Source of the DNA: Podarcis filfolensis
Taxonomy: Eukaryota
Reading direction: 5' to 3' (one strand)
Assembly (NCBI GenBank): GCA_964270895.1
Contig: OZ185440.1
DNA length: 64,000 nucleotides
Part shown: piece after piece, positions 25,687-36,771 of the stretch
Layout of the letters: each line of letters opens with the position of its first letter
Position numbering within the stretch: the stretch's first letter is position 1
Made by a program: the position numbers and the translations under genes
The notes under the pieces: generated by a model
What the model saw: the letters and a program-made list of their open reading frames with translations, nothing else
Database searches by the model: none
What the model was told of the DNA's origin: nothing

Positions 25687-25862
25687 CACTAGAGATGGCG
25701 AAAGTGCAATGTTGCCTATAGAGGCTTTCAGTTCATCAACGGTTGCCGCACTCTTAAGAACATCTTTAGACTGCAAGGGCTTAATCTTAATGTTGAATTT
25801 CTTGTGTGCCTCCTCTTCCTCTTCAGATTCACTTGAGGAATAAAAGTGCTTTCCTTTGGTAG
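25687..25862 (-). CDS. SGIP1: SGIP1 exon 7 ([30 protein letters not shown]...ALSPSLV), FCHO-like AP-2 activator linker
   Basis: Part of listed ORF 25657-25977; AC acceptor and GTG|gtaagc donor; 176 nt, phase 1 to 0. Confidence 0.96.
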
Positions 25863-27000
25863 GTAGATCACAGTTAAAGAGAAATGTTGTTGAATCACAA
25901 AATATAACTCTTGGAACTGATTGGCATGGGCCAACAATGATAAAAACAGATCTACAAATTCCAGAGAGTAACAGCAACCAGCAGCAGCACCGTAAGAGAT
26001 GAGATGGTTAATACTGCGGAAGGCAAACTATAATGCTATTGGGCCCAAGCCATTTAGGATTTTGTACACTAGTATTAACATCTTGAATCGGGCCTAGCAG
26101 CTCAGCATTTTCAGGACCAGAACCCTACCAGTAGCTGCAACTTCCAAACTGTCTTCAAGTGCAGCCCTACACACAGCAGGGTGCAGTAATCCAAATGGGA
26201 GATCAGTACAGCATGCTTAGCCCAAGCTATTCTTGTCCAGGAATAACCACAGCTTGTGGACTAGCCTAAGCTGGGCATTAGCACTTCTAGAGGCCACAAG
26301 GGCCACTGGAGCCTCTAACACAGGCAACTTGCAACCTGCACACATTTAACTTGTGCGTATTCAGCTTTACACGTTTGGCTAAAGTAAAATAAAATAAAAG
26401 GGGTGGAAAGGAAGTGGGGTTCCAGGAAAAATGATTTTGGCAATCCCATCTGCCACTGAACCCAATGTGTTTTGACTATATGCAATTTTGGCTTTACACT
26501 TGATCACCAGAACGTAACCCCTGTGTAAGTTGATTCTGGATCAGCAAGTACTCCCAGACTACGAACCTGTACCTTCAGAGTAAGTGCAACCCTTTCAGAA
26601 CAGGTCATCCACCTAATTCCTGGACATAAGATCGGTCCATCCACAATACCTCCATCAGGATCAATTTCAGTTTCTTGGTCCCTACCCAGACCATCACTGC
26701 CTTCAACACCAGGCATGAGTGTTGGCTCCTTTTTTCTTTTTATAATGATTGCTTAAAATTAATTTTTACTTATGGCCACTATCTTTTCATTCATAAAGCC
26801 TCTTGAACATTTTGGGCTCCTTCGGGAGGAGGGGCGGGATATACATTTGATAAATATATAAAATAAAATAAACTTGAGATGCTGATGTTTCAGGGGCATC
26901 CAGCGGTAGGGAGGATGGCAGCAGGTGGCCACACTTGAACCGAACCCACACTTGTTTCAGAGTTTGCAAACTCAGTTGTAAAACTGACCATGAAGGATAT
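25863..27000 (-). other. SGIP1: U12-type (minor spliceosome) AT-AC intron, 1138 nt
   Basis: Donor ATATCCTT, branch-like TCTTTAAC about 12 nt from the 3' end, acceptor ...gatctAC. This join gives GGC T|CT ACC AAA (G-S-T-K), as in the mammalian protein. Confidence 0.93.
26040..26720 (-). mobile_element. L2 LINE RT fragments inside the U12 intron
   Basis: QVRSLGVLADP motif (ORF 26504-26716) and a decayed SRLDYCN..LYVGLPLKT-type segment near 26140-26200. Confidence 0.7.
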
Positions 27001-27055
27001 AGCCTGGTTCGTCTGGTCTGATGCTGTATCCTTCTTCATCAAGCTCAGGTGAATT
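27001..27055 (-). CDS. SGIP1: SGIP1 exon 6 (NSPELDEEGYSIRPDEPG)
   Basis: cactag|AATTCACCT...CCAGGCT|atatccttca; 55 nt, ends in a U12-type AT donor. Confidence 0.96.
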
Positions 27056-28039
27056 CTAGTGCAGCAAACATAGTGAAGCAATTAGAGTACTTGCAAAACA
27101 TTAAGTAATCACTCTTTCTTTCCCCTCTCTCCCACCAATTTCATATTAATAAGAAGCACTTGTCCAATAAACTATTGGTATATGCAGTGCTCTCTACGCT
27201 TAACTAAGAATAAAGAGTCTACCCAGGAACCTGTTTTCTCAGCCAGGCGGTCAAACAGTTGTGCTAACTGCTCTGATCTCTGTGCAGTAGGGGGAATGTG
27301 GGGTGAAAATATTAAATAGATAAGGAATGTGTCTAATATAAGAAAATGGTTGCTTGGAAATATGGAAGACGTCAAAGCATTATGTATGCAAACATTTGCA
27401 TGAGGCCTCTTGCTAAAGAAGGGCTCATTTCCAGTGCCTGATAGAATTTTCTTTTTGCACCTTTGCCTTCTGGTTTCTACTCTATAAAAGTGATGTCCTT
27501 GTATCAGAGATCAAATTGGCTCTCATTTAATAAAATAAAATCTAGCCTCCACCTTGGTTTACATGGCCATGACAACATTCATAACAGAACTAGCTGCTTA
27601 TTTTCTGATGGTTTACAAAATTCCCGTGCTGCTTCCTTCTTCAAAAAGCTCCAAAGTGATTTACAACTAAAATTAAAATACAGTAATAAATTGCATAATC
27701 ATATAAAAACAATCAGAATACAAGCATCCTATCACTGGTGCTCCCAAGAAAAACATCATGGACCATCATATGGAAAGTTGTCAAGCGATCAAGGACAATC
27801 AATGGGGACACATTCCCCCATCTGTCTGCTGACACAAGGTATAATACAAGATGGCCTCAGTGCCTAAACCAGGCCTAAACACAGAATGAAGTAGCTCTAG
27901 AAAATCAGCTTCACCCAAGAGTGCCTGGAGACTAGAGCTGGTTGGTGCCCACCGACTCAAGAACCGGGCTCAGCAAAGGGACATTTGCAACCAGTCTATA
28001 GTTATACATAACTTTTGGGTCTAATGAATTTTATTAATG

Positions 28040-28700
28040 AGTAGTCTTGCTGGCTGTTTCGTGGGACTACTCCCTCTCTCAGAAAGGCATTAATTACCAT
28101 ATTTTTTGCTCTATAAAACTCACTTTTTCCCTCCTAAAAAGTAAGGGGAAATGTGTGCGCGTCTTATGGAGCGAAAGCAGGCTGCACGGCTATCCCAGAA
28201 GCCAGAACAGCAAGAGGGATTGCTGCTTTCACTGTGCAGCAATCCCTCTTGCTGTTCTGGCTTCTGAGATTCAGAATTTTTCCCCCCCTTGTTTTCCTCC
28301 TCCAAAAACTAGGTGCGTCTTGTGGTCTGGTGCGTCTTATAGAGCGAAAAATACGGTATCTTCTTGGGCTAGTTGGCCATCCCCTCCCTACTGGATGTTA
28401 TCAGTCATAACATGTACGGGGGCAAGAACACCTACACCCTTCCAAGCACATCATCCACATTCTCAAGCCTTATTAATTGAAACTCATCCATGAACATCTG
28501 ACAAAATAGTGTTCTGGATACTCTTAGAAACTGGCCTGCTATAATAGTGAAATCTAGGTCTCTATGGATACAAGCAATCATATCTTCAACATGCCTTACA
28601 AATAATTCACAGCAGGCCATTGAGAGTTCCACCATATCCTTCAGGCCAATATGTAAAAGCATCCTATAAAGCTCTGCTGGATGAGACACCAAGGATGATG
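28040..28700 (-). mobile_element. L2 LINE ORF2 fragment split by the MITE
   Basis: MDEFQLIRLENVDDVLGRV right of the MITE continues as INAFLREGVVP left of it. Confidence 0.7.
28097..28356. mobile_element. Tc2-like MITE (260 bp) with internal perfect hairpin, inserted in an L2
   Basis: Same TIR family as 41683-42572 (23/27 between ends); TA flanks; 31-bp arms at 28196-28226 and 28236-28266. Confidence 0.88.
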
Positions 28701-29449
28701 GAGGCAGAGAAGTAATTTTTTACTGCCTTCACCAGCACAAAATAGGCTTTACAATGAGCACACACTTGCTTTCAACTGCATTCATTCCAATTCTTCCTCT
28801 ACTTGCATTATAATCATATTCTAACCTGCTTTACTGCACTCAACTCCAGGGTATACCATGGTACTACTTGGGCTCAGGCAAAGCCCTTAGGGGTGAACAT
28901 AGGGCAAATCCTAAATTGCAAAGATAGACCAGGACCTCAACCTCTCAGCAGAAAAAATACCCCAGAGTCTCCTGGAAGCCAATTGGTTCCATCAGTCTTC
29001 GACAGCAGACCATTCTAATAGGCCCCCGTCTCTGCAGAAGAGAAAAGTAATTGACAATCTAAATCTCAACAGGAGGGGATCTGACCATGACAAGGAAATG
29101 CAGTTACAGTGAGACACAGCTGGTTGATAAAGCCAAAAAGGTAGTACCAGAAAGAGCAGTTTATTTGAACTATACTGTCTCTATATCAAATCTCATTTAT
29201 TGAAGCATTTTCCAAAAAACAATGTCTGGAAAGAATGCATGACACATGTGTTAAAAAAATATATTGTAGCATACCACTCTATTTATAGATATTAATCATG
29301 CCAAATAATACTTCAACCCAAACACCCAGTCTCCTCAAACTGGGCATAGTTACTGTACTAAAAATAATAGTAATATTTTGATTATTTTACTTATAATGGA
29401 TATATATATTATATATACTTGGTATACAAAGTGAAGAGAAAGAACTTCA

Positions 29450-29452
<3 letters not shown>

Positions 29453-29488
<36 letters not shown>

Positions 29489-29490
29489 AC
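29453..29490. repeat. (CA)n microsatellite
   Basis: Direct reading. Confidence 0.95.
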
Positions 29491-30030
29491 AGTTAGGGAC
29501 TACAGTAATTTTGTTATATTACCAGATCAAGTTGTGTGATTTTAAAGGTGATCATTGTAAACAGGAACACACTTGAACTTTTAAATTCTTTTCAGCTAAA
29601 GCAAGCAAAAGCTATTCCAAAAGAAATTTTAATTTCTTCTAATTAACTTGGACACCTTCCATACTAACAGCACGAAATCTGTCTGAAATGGTGCCCACCT
29701 TATTAGCATAATTGGTCTTTAACATTTTATTGGCTCTTTCCCATTCTTCCAAGGCAATTTTGCACAATCTAATTAACATGAAAAGATTAGAAGATATTCC
29801 AAAGTAGGGCTAGGGCATCCCTTTGAAGCAAGGGTGCTCAAATATGCAAACACTCCTTCTCAAATGACTGCGAGGAGAACCAAAGTGGTCTGTTCTGCTC
29901 ACCCTCCCCCCCCCCCAGGCTAGTCCCCCTTTCCACAAGGCTGTGTGGGGCTGACTGCTTTTTGCAGCCCAAGATCTTGCGTTCTGACAGCACTGCTAAT
30001 GTCCATGTTCTGGGGCTGTAAAACCTAGAG

Positions 30031-30166
30031 CAGGCTTCCTCAACCTCGGCCCTCCAGATGTTTTTGGCCTATAGCTCCCATGTTCCCTAGTTAGCAGGAC
30101 CAGTGGTCAGGGATGATGGGAATTGTAGTCTCAAAACATCTGGAGGGCCAAGGTTGAGGAAGCCTG
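30031..30166. mobile_element. Palindromic hAT MITE (URR1-like)
   Basis: 34-bp TIR with 1 mismatch; flanks acctagag / acctagaa. Decayed relatives near 23630, 52410, 53010. Confidence 0.85.
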
Positions 30167-31426
30167 ACCTAGAACTTCAAGAAAGGTTTTTGCAGGACAA
30201 AAACCAAAGCTGTTGCTGATAATCCTCATGCCCCAAGGGCCTTTCAGAAGCAGGTTTGCTTTCTGCCCCACGCATGGTGCTTTCAGAGATGAAACATCTT
30301 TACATCTGCCTGGTTAAAATCATGGAGACCGTATTTCTGCTGATTTCAAGTAGGTATACTGAAAGACACTGCAGTTCAGACAATGGCTGGCAAACATTTT
30401 TATGTTTAGCATGTGCAAAAGCCCTCAAGCTTTTATGAGTACTAAAAGGAAGCAAAAACCTTTGAGCTGAACACAGGGTTGTTTATGTATCTCTGTTCCA
30501 GAGTAAAGTGTAAACTCGCATCCACATCTATATGAATGCATTATTTTCCTTAAATAATTTAAATTGTTGCTGGTTTAATTCATTCAAATTACTCCAAGAT
30601 CATATCCTTTTCTAGCTCTAGTTGCAATTCCCAAAACCAGCAGAGACTTAAACCTGAAACAGGTGTGACACAACTCTCAATTTTGCTAGGGGCTCCAAAT
30701 TTGATGGCAATCTGCATGGTAATCTAGAAAAAGAAAGAAGCTGTAGTTTTCTCTTTTGTGCAAACTACATCACTACGGAGGGGAAACTACGATTTTTTTC
30801 ATGTTCCATCTGTTTGTCAGAGGCAGAGTCTTAGCTCACTTGCATACAAGTTTGAAGAAGGTAAGAAACAGCAAGAGAACGACTGGTATTTCTAACCTTC
30901 TCCAAACTGCTGTGTAAGAAAAGGCACCACATCTTCCTTTAGCCTTCTGACAGGCGCAGGTGACGGGTGAGTGTGTAGTAAAACTGATGTTTCATGCCTG
31001 CCTAGTTTGAATAAGATAGTGAGAGTGTTTCCTGGCATTCTAAAGCTTTGCACAAGTGAGGAAAGACTCTACCTCTCTTCTAAATTCTATGCATGTGCTG
31101 GAGGGCTTAGAAGGAAGGTGAACTCTCACTTGCTCAGCAGTCTGAAGGTCATAAATAAACTGTGAGAACAATATATTTCTACGTGGGCCAAATTTAAGAT
31201 CCCAATTGGATAGCTGGGCAGCTAGACATGTCAGTGAAATGCTGAATATTCAAATATTGTTATCCGCTTTGTGCTGTGATTATGAGATGTACTAAAGTGT
31301 GAAAGAAGTAATCAAGAAACACAGTGAACACACACACACAAAACAGAGAGGCAAGTTCTCAGAAAATTCTTATAATAAGGAATGTTCTTGGGAAGGTATG
31401 AATGCCAGGTGATTACTCTTACTTAC

Positions 31427-31483
31427 ATATCTTTCCCAGTCAATCTCTGAATAAAACCCATTTGGAGCACCATTGGTTCTCTT
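31427..31483 (-). CDS. SGIP1: SGIP1 exon 5 ([19 protein letters not shown])
   Basis: tgtgtattacag|AAGAGAACC...GAAAGATAT|gtaagt; 57 nt, phase 0-0. Confidence 0.96.
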
Positions 31484-31790
31484 CTGTAATACACAGTTAA
31501 AAATGATAAGTTTTATATTAAAAAGGGGAGAACAGCAACATGCACTAGTTTCTTAGAAGATATGACAAAGTCATGAGTTTTCAATTTGGGATGGTCTCTT
31601 AACTAAAGTGGGTTCTGGCTCCCTACTAATCAGTCTCTAGAAAGAGAATGCCAGCCTCTCAATCTTCTTTGAGAAAGTAATTTCCAGTGTTTGAACTCTT
31701 GAATTTTTCAAACCTGATAAGCCAGGAGCAGGAATTGCAAGGAGAGACCACCATGCTGGAAGATATTACGGCTTATGGGCAAGACAAATG

Positions 31791-31975
31791 AGGATAGAGC
31801 TGCAACTTGGTGGTAGAGCATGTGATTTGCATGCAGAAGGTCTCAGGTTCAACCTCTGGCATTGGTCAAGTAGCAAGACCTGAGAACCTGGACAGCAGCT
31901 ACTAGTCAGATTATACAATACTGGATTAAATGGAAATTAATAATATGATCTGGTATATGGCAGCCCCCTATGTTA
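31791..31975 (+). mobile_element. Degenerate tRNA-Ala-headed SINE with CR1-like tail (Squam2-like)
   Basis: tggtagagcatgtgatttgcatgcagaaggtctcaggttcaa head followed by a decayed CR1-type tail. Confidence 0.55.
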
Positions 31976-32936
31976 CAAATACAGTACACTTGAACAGAAG
32001 TGATGAGTTAATTAAGCTCTCCTAAATTTAAATAAGTATTACTTTAATATGCTGTACTTCATATTAAAGCCTTCGAAACCAAAGCGGTCAGGTGATCAAA
32101 TAGTGGGCCAGATTCAACTAATGAGTCCTGCTAGTGGAAATGAGCAGAAGGTCTTCCATGATCCCACTCCTCCCTCTCCGTGCAATCCCAAATTGGCTGG
32201 GGGGCATCAGGGAACCCCTCAAAACAGTGTACAGGGGTGTGGGGAGAGAAGAGGGTGATTGTTCTGTCTGGCAAGCTGAAATGCTTGTAGTGATGGAATG
32301 ATCTCCTTAGAGCAATCCTGCATTCTTCCCATAGTCTTGAGCCATTTACAAAACCTGGAGAAGTATACAATACATAGCAGACTAATGAGGAGGAGGAAAG
32401 CTATAAAATAATCATATAGTTGTTCAGATATCAATCAAATATTTCATTGTAACCAGCTGTTACCTTCAACATTCAAGGAATGTCCTATAAAATATTCCAT
32501 TTTTGCATGATACGTGTGAAATTATCCATGAAATTATCTACTTCCTAATGCATATTATGAACGCAGTCCTGTATTATTTATCTTATGAATGTAGTTTTCA
32601 AGGTGAGCCTGGCACACGAGGTAATCCATTTCTATTTCTAGTTACCTGTATCCATCACAAATGATCCAAATACTACTGAATATTAGGAAACCATAGTGAG
32701 TTCCTAAACATAATTAGACATCTATGGACACACAGAAACACATCAGAATCACAGGGGCAAAAACATAAGTGGTTGGGCATCCTATGCAGAGCACCTGGAG
32801 TAAAAAAATACATTGAAGTAAGTGATGCATAAACAATGCCAAACATACATTTGTACATGCAAACTTTTTTTGGCCAGGCTTACACATTGTTCCAACCAAC
32901 CCCCGGGAAGCTTTAAACCAATATTCATGTCCTTAC

Positions 32937-33014
32937 CGAAACTGATTTTCCTCCTTCCTGTGCACACTCTGCTTTGTTATTGGAGGGTGGATCATGAGGA
33001 TGAGGGCTGGGTGG
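32937..33014 (-). CDS. SGIP1: SGIP1 exon 4 (PPSPHPHDPPSNNKAECAQEGGKSVS), probable cassette exon
   Basis: ccattccag|CCACCCAGC...TCAGTTTCG|gtaagg; 78 nt, phase 0-0. Matches recalled human [24 protein letters not shown]. Acceptor position less certain because the tract is A-rich. Confidence 0.85.
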
Positions 33015-36000
33015 CTGGAATGGATTTTGTTTTTTTATAGAAAAAGGGTTAAAGTATTGGGTGGTCCGGTTTTTTTAAACACATGAATCTACATGGAGTA
33101 AGCAAGCTCAGAATGCACTTTTCAAAGGCATTACTTGCCAAATGTAAATGCTGCTGTCAGCAGACTATTTTGGAACGTATGATAGGACTCTATTCAGCAG
33201 AAACTGGTTCTCTTATAACTGACTGGCATGGACAATTATCTCTAATGTTAAATGTTTTCCCCTTATTTCCTTTGAGTAAGATGTTTACAAGACATAACGT
33301 TTTCAAGCATTTCAGAACTATGTCCTCATACAATTCTGCAGAACATGCTTTATTTAATGTGGCAGCCATTGCAGTGGGCCTTTAGAGTCTTGTAATATAA
33401 CTCAGCATTTCTTTTGTAACTGAACACACACCTACAAGAAGTGACTCAGTGAATGTTTTCATCCTGGTTTTGTGCAAGAAAAAGGTTAGCAGTGTTTTGG
33501 TATTAAGTAAGTCTTGAAGAGTTCTAGGGAATATGATCCTTCTCTAAGTGCCAGCTCTTTTCCTATTGATCATCACCTACAGTCTTTTATGACCTCTAGA
33601 CTACAAAGTAATTAAAAAACAGGCCAATAACATGAACAGTTTTCAAGCATACTTTAAAATTCTGGTTATTTAGCTTCTTCTTCTTTATTAATCTGATTAA
33701 AAATTGCAAGCGCATAATTCCAAAGTCAGCATAAAAATAAGGCTACATTATACTAAATATAGCAGAATAAATTCTTCAGGTTCACAAAGTAAGCACCTTC
33801 TCTTAATCTTAACGTGAGAAGGGATTGTGTATAATTTTAAAGAGAATGTAATTTTTTTGTACTAAATGAGAAATGAAGTTAGCATCGTTCTCATAGCCTC
33901 CGAAAAGCAAAATGCTACATGAGGAACACCATCAACAAACGTAGAAGTGAAGGCCTTAAATGAAAAATCTTGGGAAAGCACTAGTGTGTCACAATGAACA
34001 CACCGAGGTGGTGACGGTGCATGAACCAGCATGGACAGAGAGAGCCCCTTTATCATTCGTGGTCAACACCAAGAAAAAAAAAAGTTGCTCAGCAGCTCAT
34101 TGCTTCTCAGCTTGCCTCATAGAGGATGAGAGTTACTAGGAGACCCCAGCGTCCCTCAGAGAGCTACAGTCCCAGAGTTCTATGGGAAGAGGGATTGTTA
34201 AGCCACTTTACAGGCAGGATTCAACTAACTAGTCCTGCTAATGGAAGCCCACACAAGGACTTCCACTAGTGCAATGGGGATTTCCCCCCTCTTCTCCTCC
34301 TGTGTGTCTCCAAACAGGCTTAGGTAGGTGTGTCAGGAGAACCCCTAGAATAGAGCTGGGGAGAGGGGGGTTGTGCCATCTGGCAAGCTGGAAAGATAGC
34401 CATGGCATTACACTGAATTCCTCCCTGGGAACTGTAGTTCTGTGAGGGGAATAGGATTCTACCAACAACTCAGCACCCTTTCCAAACCACAGTTCACAGG
34501 ATTCTAGACCGTTTAAAGTGGTATGATACTGCTTTAAATGTATAGTGCAAATGTGGCCCATATCTGCAAAAAAAGCCAGTCCTCCTCTGCCTTCTGTTTA
34601 TCACTTTGGTGTTAAATTTAAGTGGGTGGTGGTGAACAAGCGAGCAGATTGTATCTTGCACGGGGTTTCTGTGTTCACTTCCTCCCTTTGTTGACCAAGT
34701 ATTTCCCTCCATATCATATCATCCCTCTTCCAGCCCTACATTGGTGATGTGTTGGGGACAGGAATGAAGGAGAAAGACTGCTGAATATGTGTAGGCTGTT
34801 TGTATGAGTTGGAACCCCGCATGCTCAGGAATTCCAGCTCATGGGGGGACTAGGAAGACTTCTCCCCTTCAGAATTCCCTCAAACACATTGACGGTGTTG
34901 GGGAGGGCCAGCATGAGACAAGACAACCGGGGGGCATGTGGGGACTATCTACATGATCTCAGGTATGTGAAGTACCTGAAGGGGCAGTGCACCAGTTACT
35001 TCTTTAAGTGTGTAACACAGACGGGGACTGTGGGGTGGAATCAACGTGCAGGTTGGGAAAGTGAACAGAGTTGTTTTTCTTCTGCTGAACAGAGCCTTGG
35101 CTGAACCATTAAAAACAGTATAGAGTTCCAAATGTGGTCTGCTTTTTGAATCTTTAAGCTAAAAGCGCTTGACAAAACACAATGGGGATGCAGAAGGATG
35201 TGTGGATGCAGGCTTTTTTCAATCTACAGCTGTGACCCTAAGCACATCTACTTGGACGTTCAGTTCTTCTGAAATCATTAATATTTACTTGCAAGTAAAT
35301 ATGTTTAGGATTAAGGATCTTGGGTCAGAAGTTTAAATAGGCAGAAGTTGTAAGAAAGAAAAAATTATTAGGGCCTTTCCAGAAGACAAAGCCCCGCCAA
35401 CCCCTTGATGTTATTTATCAAGATGCGATTGGGCTAGCCTCTATCCAGCACCACTAGTATGATATTTCACCCCATTTAAAGTTGTATAGTTCTCTCACAC
35501 CCATTCTTTCCCCCCTATGCATTTCTGCTGTATAGGGACAGATGCTCAGCCCTTAAAAAATAAAAATAAAAACCTACAGGAGATGTGCACTCCTGTATTG
35601 GAGAAGGAACGGCATAGCCTTCTAAGAACCAAATAAATGGAAAAGGGGATTTGCAATAGAGCATTGCTGCAGGAGGAAGAAAAGAAAAAGCAGCCTTCGT
35701 TTGTTTTGCCACTGTTTGTGAAGATAAATGCTCCAACACCAGAAATATGAAGAAACATGATCACAGGCAGGGAAGTCAGCACTCATCACTAATGGCTCTA
35801 TCTGTGGTCGTGGCACTCATGCAATGCATCCTTGCAAAGCACTCGCGAAATAGCAAGGGACATGCTAAGTAGGGAAGAACCCAATTTCCCCACTGACATA
35901 GTACATGCTTGGACAATGCATATTCCAGACACAGATGCATTTTCTTTAAGGAAGACATCTGAATCAAGACCAATGAAACAGCAGCTCATTTATTATGCAA

Positions 36001-36746
36001 AATAATGATCATCTGGAAAGGCCCTTACTACTCCAATTCCTTTAATTTTAGGAGAGAAATGACATTGTTTATGGCTGGTAGTGTTTCCATTCCACTGCTG
36101 AAAATCTGGTGAAGACTAACAAATGCTCCAATTTTCCTTAGAGTCTTCACAAGATAAATTTAAATGGGAGTTTTAAAGTCAGGAATCAATAAAAAGTGAA
36201 GTAAAATCCATATCTGAGCCCAACATTCTTCATTGCAAACTTAAAGCCTAATAGCTGATGTGGTACATTTCCTTCTAAAGTCCAGTTCTAGCAGAGACAG
36301 AAAACCTAAAACCATAAATAAAAGCAACAGTAACTCAACAGCAACCCTTTTCCTATTTCTATTCTCTACAGGAAGGCTTCCTGAATTGTTATTTTTAACC
36401 AATTTAAGATATTTGCAGGTATTAAATGTTTCTTCATTATTCATATAATTGTTTGTCTTTGTTCATCGTATTTATGACGATTATTAGAAAATTTATCTCA
36501 CTTGATAATCCTTTGACCAAAAAAGTTTTGAGAGAAGGGCCTTAGACACTGGATATAAGCCAATGCACATCAGACAGTGTATCAACATTGATCGTTTTAA
36601 TATTATTAACTATATTAAAATAGAAATAGGGCAAAGGGTTCAAAATTGCTTATGACGATTCACAGGATGGGGGAAGCATTTTCCATTAGACACATCTAAT
36701 TTAAAGTTAAGACTAAATAAATATATAAATTCCTTTAAATACTTAC

Positions 36747-36771
36747 AGTTCCATCCCTGTCTGGTGATCCT
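36747..36771 (-). CDS. SGIP1: SGIP1 exon 3 (GSPDRDGT)
   Basis: tttttgctttcttacag|AGGATCACCAGACAGGGATGGAACT|gtaagt; 25 nt, phase 2 to 0. Confidence 0.95.

Noticed and set aside
31484-31570. The 28-aa SGIP1-alpha N-terminal insert (QGKKK...LSQ), which I suspect is an upstream-acceptor extension of exon 5 in mammals
   Set aside because: No AG 84 nt upstream, an in-frame TAA in that stretch, and the nearby AGs (61 and 68 nt extensions) are out of frame. I did not find it as a separate exon either.
34025-34045. REST/RE1-like motif (ccagcatggacag), and a similar half-site near 12020
   Set aside because: Only one half matches and the GCACC/GGA core is broken.
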